Source: a virus (taxonomy: Duplodnaviria; Caudoviricetes). From it: a stretch of 64,000 nucleotides of DNA. The notes beneath the pieces are model-generated. The model had not been told where the DNA came from, searched no databases, and was given only the letters and a program-made list of their open reading frames with translations. The stretch spans positions 22,000 through 85,999 of IMG/VR virus record IMGVR_UViG_3300014695_000002; one strand, written 5' to 3'. Positions 52,669 through 62,359 of this stretch are shown here, piece after piece. Every line of letters begins with the position of its first letter. The stretch's first letter is position 1. A program made the translations under genes and the position numbers.

Positions 52669-53403
52669 GTGGCAGATCAAGAGATATCGTTACAAGAGAC
52701 ATTGCAATCTGCTGTAGAGCATCACCTTGAGAACATGAATACTTGTGTTCCAGGCTTTGTCATTCGCACAATCAATGACTTGCAAGGTCAGCAAATAGAC
52801 GTTCAGATCGCTATCAACTTCAAAGGATATGATGGTAGCTCACAAGAACGTCCTCCAATTCTCAATGTACCTGTCGTATTTCCAGCTTCATCTACCAGCG
52901 CTATTACCTTCCCGTTGAATCCTGGTGACCCTGTATTGCTTGTATTCAGTCAGCGTGGTCTTACAGCTTGGAAGGGTAGCAATGGTTACGCTTCTACTCC
53001 TACAGACTATCGAATGCACGACATCCGTGACTGTTTCGCAATCCCCGGCCCCTTCCCTGTAGGACGTGCTCCAAACAACCCTGCTAAACGCCGCTGGCCT
53101 CACTCTACGCATGATTTAGTGGTAGCCCATAACCTAGGTAGCGGTACAGAGGTTGAGCTTCGTCTGAGCGAATCTGGAAGCCTTATAATCAACACAGATA
53201 TGAATGTTGAAATTAATGCAACGCAAGCCTTGGTTAATGTACCTAATAGCACTTGGACAGGTGATATCAATCACACAGGTATGTTTATAAACAACGGAGT
53301 TGTAATGAGCAATGGAGTAACCCTCCATAGTCATACTCATAATCAGCCAGCAGATAGCGGTGGTGATACTGAACTACCAACCTTCCCACCAAACCCAGGA
53401 TAG
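52669..53403 (+). CDS. baseplate central spike (gpV/Gp138-like)
   Basis: LNVPVVFP, PLNPGD.VLLVFSQR, DCFAIPG, C-terminal LHSHTH metal site. Confidence 0.88.
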   Translation: MADQEISLQETLQSAVEHHLENMNTCVPGFVIRTINDLQGQQIDVQIAINFKGYDGSSQERPPILNVPVVFPASSTSAITFPLNPGDPVLLVFSQRGLTAWKGSNGYASTPTDYRMHDIRDCFAIPGPFPVGRAPNNPAKRRWPHSTHDLVVAHNLGSGTEVELRLSESGSLIINTDMNVEINATQALVNVPNSTWTGDINHTGMFINNGVVMSNGVTLHSHTHNQPADSGGDTELPTFPPNPG

Positions 53404-53406
53404 TTT

Positions 53407-53769
53407 ATGGATATTGCACTAAATGGTTATGATGTCAAGTTCGTAAATGGTCCAGATATTTCATCTATGGTCGTTAAACTTCCGGCAGATGTTGTAGCAC
53501 AAAGGTTGACAATCCGTCTGAGGACATTTTTCTCAGAGTGGTTTATTAACACTGACTATGGTGTTCCTTATTTTGAAAGAATTCTTCGTAAAGGTGTTAG
53601 TAAAACTACGGTAGATAACTTACTAAGGGAGCAGATTCTAGATGAAGCTGGCGTTCTTGAAATTCTCTCTTTTAGTTCAGATTTTAATGCTGGAGCCAGA
53701 ACTTACTCTTGCTCCTTTCAAGTAAAAACAGCAAGCGGAACTTCACAAACTGTTACCGTTTCTGTATAG
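53407..53769 (+). CDS. baseplate wedge/sheath initiator (gp25-like)
   Basis: QRL.IRL.TF..EWF.NT.YGVPYF. Confidence 0.8.
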   Translation: MDIALNGYDVKFVNGPDISSMVVKLPADVVAQRLTIRLRTFFSEWFINTDYGVPYFERILRKGVSKTTVDNLLREQILDEAGVLEILSFSSDFNAGARTYSCSFQVKTASGTSQTVTVSV

Positions 53770-53785
53770 CATCGGAGATATATAG

Positions 53786-55240
53786 ATGGCAGATTACGGA
53801 TTAACAGAAAACGGTGTAGTGATTAAGAGGATCAGCGATATCCTCACCAGCAATAGAGCCTTGGCTGTAACTCTATTCCAAGATCAAGTATTGCCAGGAG
53901 ATGTTGTAGATACGTCAGATAGCTCAATTCTGGGGCGTTTGATTGCACTGGCTAGCCCAGGTGAGGCTGATCTTTGGGAGGCCGTACAAGAACTGTATGA
54001 TGCCTTTAATTCAGAGGCAGCAAGTGGCATCGCTCTAGACAACCTTGTAGCGCTATCTGGCTTGATTCGTAAAGATGCAACGTCAACTACTGCACTAGGA
54101 TTGCTAACAGGTTCTATTGGTGTAACAGTTCCTAGTTCAGTTGATATTCAGTCAACTACCAGCAACACTATTTACAACCTTTCAACACCAGTGACTTTTT
54201 CACCAATTTCAGCTAACGGAGTTGGTGTATCTGTCTTGACAGTTAGCGATGCTTCGAGTTATACTGTAACTTACACAGACAGCTCTACTAGCTCAACTTC
54301 AAGCTACACGTCTGGTGTAGGCGCAACACAAGCATCTATATTGGCCGGTCTAAAGACTTTTATTGACGCCAACCAACCAGCGCTTGTTGCCGCAATAAAC
54401 AACAATATCTTGTATGTAAACAAGAAAGATTCATCCTCACTTTCAAACTTCACTGTCAGTTCAAATCTAGGTATTGTCAAAGCATCGAACCTCACATACC
54501 TTGTATCTGAGACGACTGGTCCAATTAGTGAAGAAGCTGGTTCGATCACTAATATTCTTACTCCTGTGTTGAATTGGGATAGTGTAACAAACCCTTTTAA
54601 TGCTGTTGCAGGCTCAAATCAAGAAACTGATACGGAGCTTCGTGAACGCTTTCGTTCAAGTAAGGCATCTCGTGCATCTAACATCATTGAATCTCTATAC
54701 TCCTCTCTTGAGGCATTGGATAACGTAGAAGAGGTTGTGATTTACGAAAACGTGATGGACGCAGTTGATGCAAGTGGTATCCCAGGACACAGTTTCATGA
54801 GCCTAGTTCTTGGTGGTGTAGACTCAGATATTGCTCAGGCTATTTGGAATAACAAACCTGCTGGTATTAGGACTTTTGGTAACACGTCTTATCAAATTCT
54901 TGATAGTCAAGGTAATCCACATACTGTAAACTTCCAACGTCCCGTTCAAGTCCCAATCTATATCAACATCAACCTCACCAAGTTTCCACAGTATCCAAGC
55001 AATGGTGATGCACTAATTAGGCAAGCACTGATTGATTATTTTGATGCTAACTTTGGCATTGGCGATAGCGTGATTTACTCACGTTTGTACACACCTATTA
55101 ACTCCGTTCCAGGGCATCAGATTAATAGCCTAACCATAGGCACTTCACCAAACCCAACTCAGATGCAGAACATTCCAATCTCCTTTACTCAGATTGCATC
55201 CCTATCTTCTGCAAACATTATCGTCTCATCCACTCAATAA
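53786..55240 (+). CDS. baseplate J-like wedge protein
   Basis: ASGIALDNL, GSNQETDTELRERF, IPGHS, IAQAIW..KPAGI. Confidence 0.88.
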   Translation: MADYGLTENGVVIKRISDILTSNRALAVTLFQDQVLPGDVVDTSDSSILGRLIALASPGEADLWEAVQELYDAFNSEAASGIALDNLVALSGLIRKDATSTTALGLLTGSIGVTVPSSVDIQSTTSNTIYNLSTPVTFSPISANGVGVSVLTVSDASSYTVTYTDSSTSSTSSYTSGVGATQASILAGLKTFIDANQPALVAAINNNILYVNKKDSSSLSNFTVSSNLGIVKASNLTYLVSETTGPISEEAGSITNILTPVLNWDSVTNPFNAVAGSNQETDTELRERFRSSKASRASNIIESLYSSLEALDNVEEVVIYENVMDAVDASGIPGHSFMSLVLGGVDSDIAQAIWNNKPAGIRTFGNTSYQILDSQGNPHTVNFQRPVQVPIYININLTKFPQYPSNGDALIRQALIDYFDANFGIGDSVIYSRLYTPINSVPGHQINSLTIGTSPNPTQMQNIPISFTQIASLSSANIIVSSTQ

Positions 55241-55249
55241 GGAGGGAGT

Positions 55250-55921
55250 ATGGCTATTAATCCCTTTAATGTGGAAGAGTATATTGAAACAGCTCGAACT
55301 CGTGTAACTGAGCAATTTAAAGATGCAGAAGTATTCGATAAATACATGCAGCTATTGATTCAAGGTTTATATGAGATTGAGCTTGTTTTCAAAGATTTGA
55401 TGCAACTAAGAAGTATTGATACTGCCATTGGTGCTCAGCTTGATTTACTTGGTAATATTGTAGGTCAAGATAGGAATATTTCTTCTAAGAGTTTTGTAAC
55501 GCCAGGAAATCCATCAGGTAATATTACCTTGGACGATGCAACTTACAGGGTAGTTATCAAAAGTCGCATCCGTAAGAATATTAGTGTTGCAACACCAGAA
55601 GATGTTATCTCAGCAGCATCGTTTATTCTTAGTGAGATTGGTGGGACTCAAGTTGAGACTCAAATTCAAGAAGGTAACGCCAGTGCTAAAATATATTTAG
55701 GCAGAAGGCTTTCAGAAATTGAAAAAGTCTTAATCAAGGGGTATTATACAAGAAATTATCTTGATGGTCTACTACCAAGGCCGTTAGGTGTCAGATTCGA
55801 ATCATATATTTCATACCAACAAGAACATTTTTTTGCATTTAAAGAAGTTAAAAATGCAAAAGGTTTTGGTAGTAGAACTGATTCGTCTGTCGATGGTGGT
55901 TATTTTGCGGAGAGAATTTAA
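55250..55921 (+). CDS. baseplate wedge protein (DUF2612-like)
   Basis: TAIGAQLDLLG.IVGQ.R, LDDATYR..IK, RPLGV. Confidence 0.85.
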   Translation: MAINPFNVEEYIETARTRVTEQFKDAEVFDKYMQLLIQGLYEIELVFKDLMQLRSIDTAIGAQLDLLGNIVGQDRNISSKSFVTPGNPSGNITLDDATYRVVIKSRIRKNISVATPEDVISAASFILSEIGGTQVETQIQEGNASAKIYLGRRLSEIEKVLIKGYYTRNYLDGLLPRPLGVRFESYISYQQEHFFAFKEVKNAKGFGSRTDSSVDGGYFAERI

Positions 55922-56364
55922 TGGCTGAAATTAGTAAACCCTATAATGTCAACTTAATATGGGCTGCTGATAGCAGTGCTGTATCTGTTCCAAATGTTAC
56001 ACCCACTTTCGATGATGCTAGAATTAAAAATGGTTGGGGAATTGAAATTCCCCCTGTACAAGATTTTAACTTCCTTGATAAACGTCAAGATCAGTTCAAC
56101 GCATATTTGAACCAGCATGGTATCCCGGAGTGGGACTCTGTCACAGAGTTTCAGGCCAACAAATCATTAACTCAAGTTAATGGACTAGCCTACAAAGCTC
56201 TGAAAACAAATATAAATATTAATCCTGTTGGTGATACTACTGGGAGTTGGTCGCAAGCTTTTACTACCCCTTCAGATTTGGCGTCGGCTATAGCTGCCGT
56301 ACAAGGACAAATAGGTTCCGCCGGAAGGGTCAGGGGTAAATTATACTTTATGGGGCAAATTTAA
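55921..56364 (+). CDS. short tail-fibre attachment protein
   Basis: GWGIEIPP.QDFN...QHGIPEWD fibre N-terminal motif; ends GKLYFMGQI. Confidence 0.75.
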   Translation: MAEISKPYNVNLIWAADSSAVSVPNVTPTFDDARIKNGWGIEIPPVQDFNFLDKRQDQFNAYLNQHGIPEWDSVTEFQANKSLTQVNGLAYKALKTNININPVGDTTGSWSQAFTTPSDLASAIAAVQGQIGSAGRVRGKLYFMGQI

Positions 56365-56366
56365 AA

Positions 56367-56681
56367 ATGGCAACCGGTCTTTTAGGAATATCAAATCCTT
56401 CACCCAATGTGAACGCTCTTGTTTATACAGTACCCTCAAATACTATATCCAGTTTGAATATAAGCGTTGTAAACTTGGGTATCGTAGATTCAAATGCAAC
56501 TATATACATATCAGATAGTGCAACTGTCACCGCTGACCGTCTAATCGAGAATTCAGTAGTTATACCTGCAAATGGTGGTGTCTTAGAGAGACAAGGTATT
56601 TTATGTACATCGGGTGAAAGGGTCTATGTAAACAGTGGTACGGGAAATCTTGCTTTTCGCGTTCACGGGTTTGAGGATTAA
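56367..56681 (+). CDS. fibre-associated beta protein (LVYTVP family, copy 1)
   Basis: LVYTVP..S.LNI..VN...G.LER. Confidence 0.7.
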   Translation: MATGLLGISNPSPNVNALVYTVPSNTISSLNISVVNLGIVDSNATIYISDSATVTADRLIENSVVIPANGGVLERQGILCTSGERVYVNSGTGNLAFRVHGFED

Positions 56682-56684
56682 CAG

Positions 56685-57020
56685 ATGGCAAACGGCAGAT
56701 TAGCCAGATCAATTATTTCCACGGCATCTACTAACACTCTAGTCTATACAGTACCTAATGGCTATTATTCTGTTTTAAATATTTTAGCAGTTAATAGTAG
56801 CCCAGGCTCTGTTCAGTGTAGAATTGCAGTAAGTACCCAGACAAATAATTCTCCAATATCTTCAGAGTATATTGAATATAACGTTACTATACCGGCTGTT
56901 AATGGTGTCCTAGAGAGGACAGCAATCGTATGTTCACCGGGTGAAAAAATTATTGTGTGGGTGAACGCAGCTAATGCCGTTACCATAAGAATTAATGGAT
57001 ATGAGGAGAGTTTAAATTGA
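56685..57020 (+). CDS. fibre-associated beta protein (LVYTVP family, copy 2)
   Basis: Paralogue of previous gene; GVLERT.IVCS.GE. Confidence 0.7.
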   Translation: MANGRLARSIISTASTNTLVYTVPNGYYSVLNILAVNSSPGSVQCRIAVSTQTNNSPISSEYIEYNVTIPAVNGVLERTAIVCSPGEKIIVWVNAANAVTIRINGYEESLN

Positions 57021-57970
57021 GATATTTAAGTCAATCAGATACAAAAACAATTGTATCTGCTACCAATATCACACTGGGCTATGCGGCTGGTCAGTTAGGT
57101 ATCTTTGGCTCAGGGCAAAGTCAGTGGTTTGTTACAAGCTCTAGCTTTACAGTACCAGCCGGCGTGACTCAAATTCGTATTCGTGTGGTAGGTGGAGGCG
57201 GAGGTGGCGGCTCGGCTTCGGGAGCCGGATCATCAGGGGGTTTAACTCAATTTGCTAACCTCATTAGTGCTTCAGGCGGTGGTGGTGGCGGTGTCGGCAG
57301 CACTACAAGTGCAGGGGGCACTGGAACAGGCGGCAGTTATCAAGCATCTGGTGGTGTAGGCGGGAGTGCTCCGGGTGCTGCTGGCGGAGGCGGAGGCGGT
57401 GCTGGTAGCCAAATTGGGCCAGGCGGCAAGGGTGGAAATGCCGTATCTATTAACCCTGGTGGTGGCGCCGGTGTCGGCGGCGGCCCAGGCGGTAATGGTG
57501 CTGGTACGGGTGTCGGCGGCGGCAGTCCTTACGGTATCGCGGTTGGAACATCTGGTGCTCCCGATGTTGCCGGCAACTCCTATTCCGGGCAAGGTATGTC
57601 TCCTGCCGGTAGTCTTTCTCGTTTCCCATTTGACGCTTTTCCGGGCGGCGGCGGCGGTGCTGGTGCCATCGGTGGTACTGGCGGCGGTGCTGGTGCCAGC
57701 GCTAGTGGCGTAGGTGCTGCTGGCGGCATTGGTGGAGGTGGCTCCGGCTCTGGAAATGGTGTGGCAGGTTTGGGTGGTATTGGAGGAGGCGGCGGCGGAC
57801 AAGGTACTAATGGAGGAACAGGTGGGAGTGGCGGTTCAGGTGGTGGTTTTGCCTATGGGGTTTTTGCTGTATCCGCTGGAAGTAACTTTATAGTGACCGT
57901 TGGTGGTGGCGGCGCGGGGTCAGTCAGCGCTGGCTCAGGCGGCCCTGGCTTAGTTGTAGTGGAGTGGTAA
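57017..57970 (+). CDS. glycine-rich putative adhesin
   Basis: FTVPAGVTQIRIRVVGGGGGGG...GGPGLVVVEW glycine-rich domain; high GC. Confidence 0.8.
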   Translation: MRYLSQSDTKTIVSATNITLGYAAGQLGIFGSGQSQWFVTSSSFTVPAGVTQIRIRVVGGGGGGGSASGAGSSGGLTQFANLISASGGGGGGVGSTTSAGGTGTGGSYQASGGVGGSAPGAAGGGGGGAGSQIGPGGKGGNAVSINPGGGAGVGGGPGGNGAGTGVGGGSPYGIAVGTSGAPDVAGNSYSGQGMSPAGSLSRFPFDAFPGGGGGAGAIGGTGGGAGASASGVGAAGGIGGGGSGSGNGVAGLGGIGGGGGGQGTNGGTGGSGGSGGGFAYGVFAVSAGSNFIVTVGGGGAGSVSAGSGGPGLVVVEW

Positions 57971-57973
57971 ACC

Positions 57974-58285
57974 ATGAAAAATGTTTGTATAATGCGAGGT
58001 AATTATTGCTGGGCTATTTGTCAGCTGTGGGATGAATGGACAATTGAGGAAGCAGTTTACACGGAATGGCAAAAAGACGCCAAAGTTGTCCCCAACTGGG
58101 TGTGGGCAGATTGGACGGAAAACGAAGATGGAACTTGGACTGATAATAACAATTGTGTATGGGATAAAGATGGTTATACTACTCCCAACTGTCCAACTCC
58201 AAGAACTCCGGGCTATGAAGGCGAATGGCCTCCTGTAAGACCTTCTGAGCAAGACACAGAAATTCCTGAAGAACAGGCCGAATAA
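57974..58285 (+). CDS. Trp/acidic fibre-associated protein
   Basis: Follows the Gly-rich gene; W-rich. Confidence 0.65.
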   Translation: MKNVCIMRGNYCWAICQLWDEWTIEEAVYTEWQKDAKVVPNWVWADWTENEDGTWTDNNNCVWDKDGYTTPNCPTPRTPGYEGEWPPVRPSEQDTEIPEEQAE

Positions 58286-58333
58286 TCTGTTTACACCCAA
58301 GCACAAGGATGTGCTACTCTTTAGGAGAATATA

Positions 58334-58975
58334 ATGACTTTACAAGAATTAGTAAAGACTGCAAACATCTCTGAAGATTTAGCTGCTGTATGGGTTAGTC
58401 CGTTAAATCGGGCTTTTGTTGAATACAGGATTGATACCCCACTTAGGCAAGCTCATTTTATTGCTCAAGTGGGACATGAGTCTAACAGCTTTAAATCTTT
58501 AAGAGAGAATCTAAACTACTCTGTTGACGGATTGCTCAAGACTTTCTGCCGTTCTCGTATCTCAGAAGTTGATGCTAAGAAATATGGACGTAAGGATGGT
58601 CAAGCAGCTAATCAAGAGATGATCGCTAACACTGTCTATGGCGGTGATTGGGGATTCAAGAATCTTGGTAATATGCAAGCTGGAGACGGTTGGAAATTCC
58701 GTGGCGCCGGCTTGATTCAGCTTACAGGCAGGGCTAACTTCGTCAGAGCAAATAAAGCTTTAAACTTTGATTTGGTTAATCGTCCTGAACGAGTTGTTGA
58801 AGATAATCTTATTGCAGCTCTGGCAGCAGGGTATTTTTGGGAAAGTAACGGGCTAAATATCTTAGCGGATAAAGATGATGTGGTTGCTATCACTAAAAAG
58901 ATTAATGGCGGGACTAATGGTCTGGATGATCGTAAGCAACGTCTAGCTGTAGCTAAGAAAGCTTTAGGTGTTTGA
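58334..58975 (+). CDS. endolysin, GH19 family
   Basis: AHFIAQVGHES, ENLNYS, GDGWKFRGAGLIQLTG..N, INGGTNGLDDR. Confidence 0.92.
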   Translation: MTLQELVKTANISEDLAAVWVSPLNRAFVEYRIDTPLRQAHFIAQVGHESNSFKSLRENLNYSVDGLLKTFCRSRISEVDAKKYGRKDGQAANQEMIANTVYGGDWGFKNLGNMQAGDGWKFRGAGLIQLTGRANFVRANKALNFDLVNRPERVVEDNLIAALAAGYFWESNGLNILADKDDVVAITKKINGGTNGLDDRKQRLAVAKKALGV

Positions 58976-58976
58976 T

Positions 58977-59297
58977 ATGGCAGAAGAACCTTTAAACAAG
59001 AATACCGAAGTTGAGGCTACTATCCCCATGCCCGGTAAGCTATCCTTTGTGCCCAATTGGAGAAAGGTGCTTAAGACGTATAGCTTTTGGATTAATGTCT
59101 CATCTGTAGTCTTGACCTTTATCACTGTGATTCTCCCTTACGTTGGATTCTTACAGCCTGTCTTGACTGTAGCTCAGTATGGCTGGCTTATGTTCATCTT
59201 GAATGCTTCAGCAGCTTTGGCAAGGATGATCAAGCAGCGTAAATTTTGGGATGGTGATGTTCCAAAGGAGCTAAGTGATGACAAGTCTACTAGCTAA
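58977..59297 (+). CDS. putative holin
   Basis: NWRKVLKTYSFW plus two TM segments; follows endolysin. Confidence 0.75.
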   Translation: MAEEPLNKNTEVEATIPMPGKLSFVPNWRKVLKTYSFWINVSSVVLTFITVILPYVGFLQPVLTVAQYGWLMFILNASAALARMIKQRKFWDGDVPKELSDDKSTS

Positions 59298-59718
59298 CTG
59301 GAAGCTTATCCTAATCCTCGTTTTAACGGCCTTGCTGGCCTCTGTGGGCTTTCTTTACAAGAACTCTGTGGAAAGGGTAGGGCAGCTTAAAGAAGCTAAT
59401 ACAGAGCTTTCTAGAAGCCTTCAGCAAGCTGAGGTAGATAAGGAAAATCTGTCCAAGACCTTGGAGACCAATTCTAGGATTTCGGAGCAAGATGAGTTGG
59501 ATAGGAAAAAGCTATCAGATCAAGTTGTTCAATTGAATTCTAGTATTGATAAACTAAGTAAAGAAAAGAACGTGCTGAAGAAGCAAGTTGGTAAGAATGC
59601 AAACACTTGTCAAGATGGTGGCGACCTTGAGTTGTCTGATGATCTTAGCAGGATGCTCAACGAAGCCCGAGACAAAGCAAACTCTTCTGGTACTGCCACC
59701 AGCAAACCTAACGACTGA
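59275..59718 (+). CDS. i-spanin (pair 1)
   Basis: N-terminal TM plus coiled coil. Confidence 0.75.
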   Translation: MMTSLLANWKLILILVLTALLASVGFLYKNSVERVGQLKEANTELSRSLQQAEVDKENLSKTLETNSRISEQDELDRKKLSDQVVQLNSSIDKLSKEKNVLKKQVGKNANTCQDGGDLELSDDLSRMLNEARDKANSSGTATSKPND

Positions 59719-59869
59719 TGTTTGTGATGTAGCTGAAGCTGGTAGCACGGTCAGTTCATTGGCTCAAGCTTATGTCACTAATGCTGGCTGTATCGGTCAG
59801 TACAAGGTTAGGATGAAGAGTCTTAGGGAATGGCGAGATAGTCAGGAAGATTTGTACCGAAAACAATAA
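59597..59869 (+). CDS. o-spanin lipoprotein (pair 1)
   Basis: Lipobox LAGC; overlaps the i-spanin 3' end in another frame; LPPANL. Confidence 0.75.
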   Translation: MQTLVKMVATLSCLMILAGCSTKPETKQTLLVLPPANLTTDVCDVAEAGSTVSSLAQAYVTNAGCIGQYKVRMKSLREWRDSQEDLYRKQ

Positions 59870-59936
59870 GAAAGATAATGGAATATGGCTAAAAGGAAGC
59901 GATCATATAGCCTGTTGTATCTAAGAGGCAACTATT

Positions 59937-60356
59937 ATGTTCAGTAAGCCAATATCTGTTTACGTCATGTTTTTCATGTTGGCTATCATTGCTGGCATTA
60001 CTTTATATGCGCATAGGCAGAATGTAAGAAATGCTATTTTGCTTGAACGCATTGATTACTATAAGCTACAAATTAGCAATTTCGATTCAGCACTTGCTGC
60101 ACACAAAACTACTTGCGGCCAAGCCGAAGTCTTGTTGCAGTCCACTAAGGAAAGCACAGCAAAATTAGATCAGAAGGGAAAAGAGCTGACTAAAAATCTT
60201 GAGGAGTTAATCCCTCAAATTGAAGAACCAAGGAAAGCCGATGAACCTATCATTCCTAAAAAAGATGACGGGGCTGATGATCGTGCTATGCTTGACAGCA
60301 TGTGGCAATCATACTGTAAATCAACGCACAGCGACCCTAAATGCGTTAAGCGATAA
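59937..60356 (+). CDS. i-spanin-like protein (pair 2)
   Basis: N-terminal TM plus coiled coil. Confidence 0.6.
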   Translation: MFSKPISVYVMFFMLAIIAGITLYAHRQNVRNAILLERIDYYKLQISNFDSALAAHKTTCGQAEVLLQSTKESTAKLDQKGKELTKNLEELIPQIEEPRKADEPIIPKKDDGADDRAMLDSMWQSYCKSTHSDPKCVKR

Positions 60357-60522
60357 GCTTCTTGCGGATTGCCAGATTAGCCCTCCTCCAGCCAAATTCA
60401 CCAAAGAAACACTGGTGAAAGGCTATAACCAACAAACCCTTAACCTAAAAAAGTGCAATGAAGATAAAGCACTTCTGAGGCAATGGAAAGCACAACAATT
60501 ACAAAAGTCAGGAGAATCTTAA
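60241..60522 (+). CDS. o-spanin-like lipoprotein (pair 2)
   Basis: Lipobox LTAC; overlapped architecture; LLADC..PPP...L..CN.DK..LRQW. Confidence 0.7.
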   Translation: MNLSFLKKMTGLMIVLCLTACGNHTVNQRTATLNALSDKLLADCQISPPPAKFTKETLVKGYNQQTLNLKKCNEDKALLRQWKAQQLQKSGES

Positions 60523-60523
60523 T

Positions 60524-60841
60524 ATGGCTGATGGTAGTAGTAATTCCGCTATGCATTATTTTGATGCCATAAGTAAGTTTCTTGTTCCCGTCCTACTTCT
60601 GCTCGCTGGAGCCCAACAAGCACAGATAAGCAAACAGGATGATAGAATCCTTTCCTTATATCAAAGCACCGTCACTGTACCAGCCCTCAACCAAACAAAG
60701 GTTGAGATTTATGGTTATATTGACAGCAAGATAGGTGGTATTCTTCAGCAGCAAAACCTTATCAGTGCTCAGCAAGAAAAAATGCTTGACTCTCAAAATT
60801 TAATGATTCAAGAGTTGAGGCGTAATCAAGACCGTAAGTAA
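60524..60841 (+). CDS. single-TM coiled-coil protein
   Basis: FLVPVLLLLAGA then Gln-rich helix. Confidence 0.65.
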   Translation: MADGSSNSAMHYFDAISKFLVPVLLLLAGAQQAQISKQDDRILSLYQSTVTVPALNQTKVEIYGYIDSKIGGILQQQNLISAQQEKMLDSQNLMIQELRRNQDRK

Positions 60842-60864
60842 TAAAAATAGGTCAGGAGAGCATT

Positions 60865-61215
60865 TTGAAAAGTCTAATAGATGTGGCTGCCAAGATACTC
60901 TTCGTTGCTTTAGCTGTAGTTATGATTTTCAAACTGCTGGATAGGGATGCGCTAGATCAACGAATAGCTGTTGCTAGACAAGAACGGATGATGCAAATAG
61001 AAGATTTACGTAAATATGCGGAATCAAGGTTAAATAGGCTGCAATCTGATCTAGACGCATATCAGATAATTTCTGATAGAAGTAGACGAATGCAAGAAGA
61101 AAGAATTGACATGCTCTCCCGGCAACTTAAAGAAACCAAGAGTAATGTCTATATGCTTAACGGCAGTGGTAATGGAAAGCAGAACATTGTAACCATACCA
61201 AGCCAAACAGAATAA
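60865..61215 (+). CDS. single-TM coiled-coil protein
   Basis: AGGAG RBS, TTG start; TM then coiled coil. Confidence 0.65.
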   Translation: MKSLIDVAAKILFVALAVVMIFKLLDRDALDQRIAVARQERMMQIEDLRKYAESRLNRLQSDLDAYQIISDRSRRMQEERIDMLSRQLKETKSNVYMLNGSGNGKQNIVTIPSQTE

Positions 61216-61249
61216 TAAATACAAAAGCTGCCATAAAATAATTATAAGT

Positions 61250-61288
61250 GAAGCCCGCCCCGGAGAAATCTGGGGCGGGATTTTTATT
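61250..61288. terminator. probable bidirectional intrinsic terminator between convergent blocks
   Basis: CCCGCCCCGG/CTGGGGCGGG stem followed by a T tract on the + strand. Confidence 0.75.
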
Positions 61289-61883
61289 GTTTGTAGTTTT
61301 CGTACCTATCAATGAGAGCTTTTGCTATACGCGGATCAGATTGCTCTGAAGCAAGAAGCTTAGCTTGTTGAAGTTTATGCTTTAACCAAACTTCGTATGC
61401 CTCCTGTGCGTCATCAAAAAGACCAAGATGTCGCCGCTTGCCCGTCTCAAGAGAGAAACCTTGAGCAGCAAATCTTCCAGTACCTTTGTGTATGCACACA
61501 CCTATGGGAAACTCTCCCCGTTTCGCCGTCCTTTCAGTTAGAAAGTTGTTAATAGCTCTGCTAACAAATACACAAGTATCTGGTCCGTAAATTTTATTTC
61601 CAATCACTAACAAGTCTTTGTCTAAAAATTTATTCTCCCATTCTTGTTTTTCCATCCAAGCTTTAAAGTTCATGAAGTATTGCCACTCTGGAATAACTAA
61701 ACAACCTTTGTAAGTTGGGTGGCTTTCTTGAAATTTATCAGAATAGCACCTCCTGAGCATTTCTGTCCATATCACATAGAACGGACAAACCCAATATCTA
61801 ACTGGTTTACCATTTATGTTCTCATACTTCTGTACGTTATAATCAGCATCATTAATTCCAACACCGTAAACCAGCTTACCCAT
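61284..61883 (-). CDS. HNH homing endonuclease
   Basis: GVGIND, CPFY..W..MLRRCY, LDKDLL..GNKIYGPDTC.FV...IN. Confidence 0.88.
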   Translation of the reverse strand: MGKLVYGVGINDADYNVQKYENINGKPVRYWVCPFYVIWTEMLRRCYSDKFQESHPTYKGCLVIPEWQYFMNFKAWMEKQEWENKFLDKDLLVIGNKIYGPDTCVFVSRAINNFLTERTAKRGEFPIGVCIHKGTGRFAAQGFSLETGKRRHLGLFDDAQEAYEVWLKHKLQQAKLLASEQSDPRIAKALIDRYENYKQ

Positions 61884-61936
61884 TCCCCACCTCCCAACGA
61901 AAGAAACCCCAGCATTTTCAGCCAGGGTTGTTTAGT

Positions 61937-62359
61937 TTATCCAACAAATAAATATGCAATTCCAGCTAAGACTAAAACCAGAACAAAGATTGCCATACAC
62001 GCCATACAAGCCCACACCAAGCCCATCATAAAGGTATCGACGCACTTAGTACCAAAACCCCAACCAGCCTCTCTAAATCCCTTTACAGCTCCAATCAACC
62101 CAAAGATTAGGATGACTAGAATACACCCCTTAAAGAAATAAGCTAATCCTTCAGGCATTGGTTCTGGATTTAAAAGCTTTACACACTCCGCATAATGTTT
62201 CTGACTCTGTACGCTAGCTCCTTTAGAGTCAAACCCTTCAACATATAGCTCACACATATCACGTTTCTGTTCCGCTATCTGTGCCGAATTACTAGCTGAG
62301 ATAGCAGCAGCGGATGCAGCAATTGCAACTGTAGCACTCATTTTCTCTCTCCTCACCAA
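61937..62359 (-). CDS. membrane protein
   Basis: Two to three hydrophobic segments; start uncertain. Confidence 0.7.
   Translation of the reverse strand: MVRREKMSATVAIAASAAAISASNSAQIAEQKRDMCELYVEGFDSKGASVQSQKHYAECVKLLNPEPMPEGLAYFFKGCILVILIFGLIGAVKGFREAGWGFGTKCVDTFMMGLVWACMACMAIFVLVLVLAGIAYLFVG

Noticed and set aside
27909-55000. - strand ORFs inside late genes (e.g. 29868, 30744, 32295, 37760)
   Set aside because: Antisense shadows; 30744..31046 is the reverse of the DUF1328 gene and the hairpin spacer
57272-57802. Long Ala/Thr-rich antisense and alternative-frame ORFs over the Gly-rich gene
   Set aside because: Artefacts of GGN codon repetition
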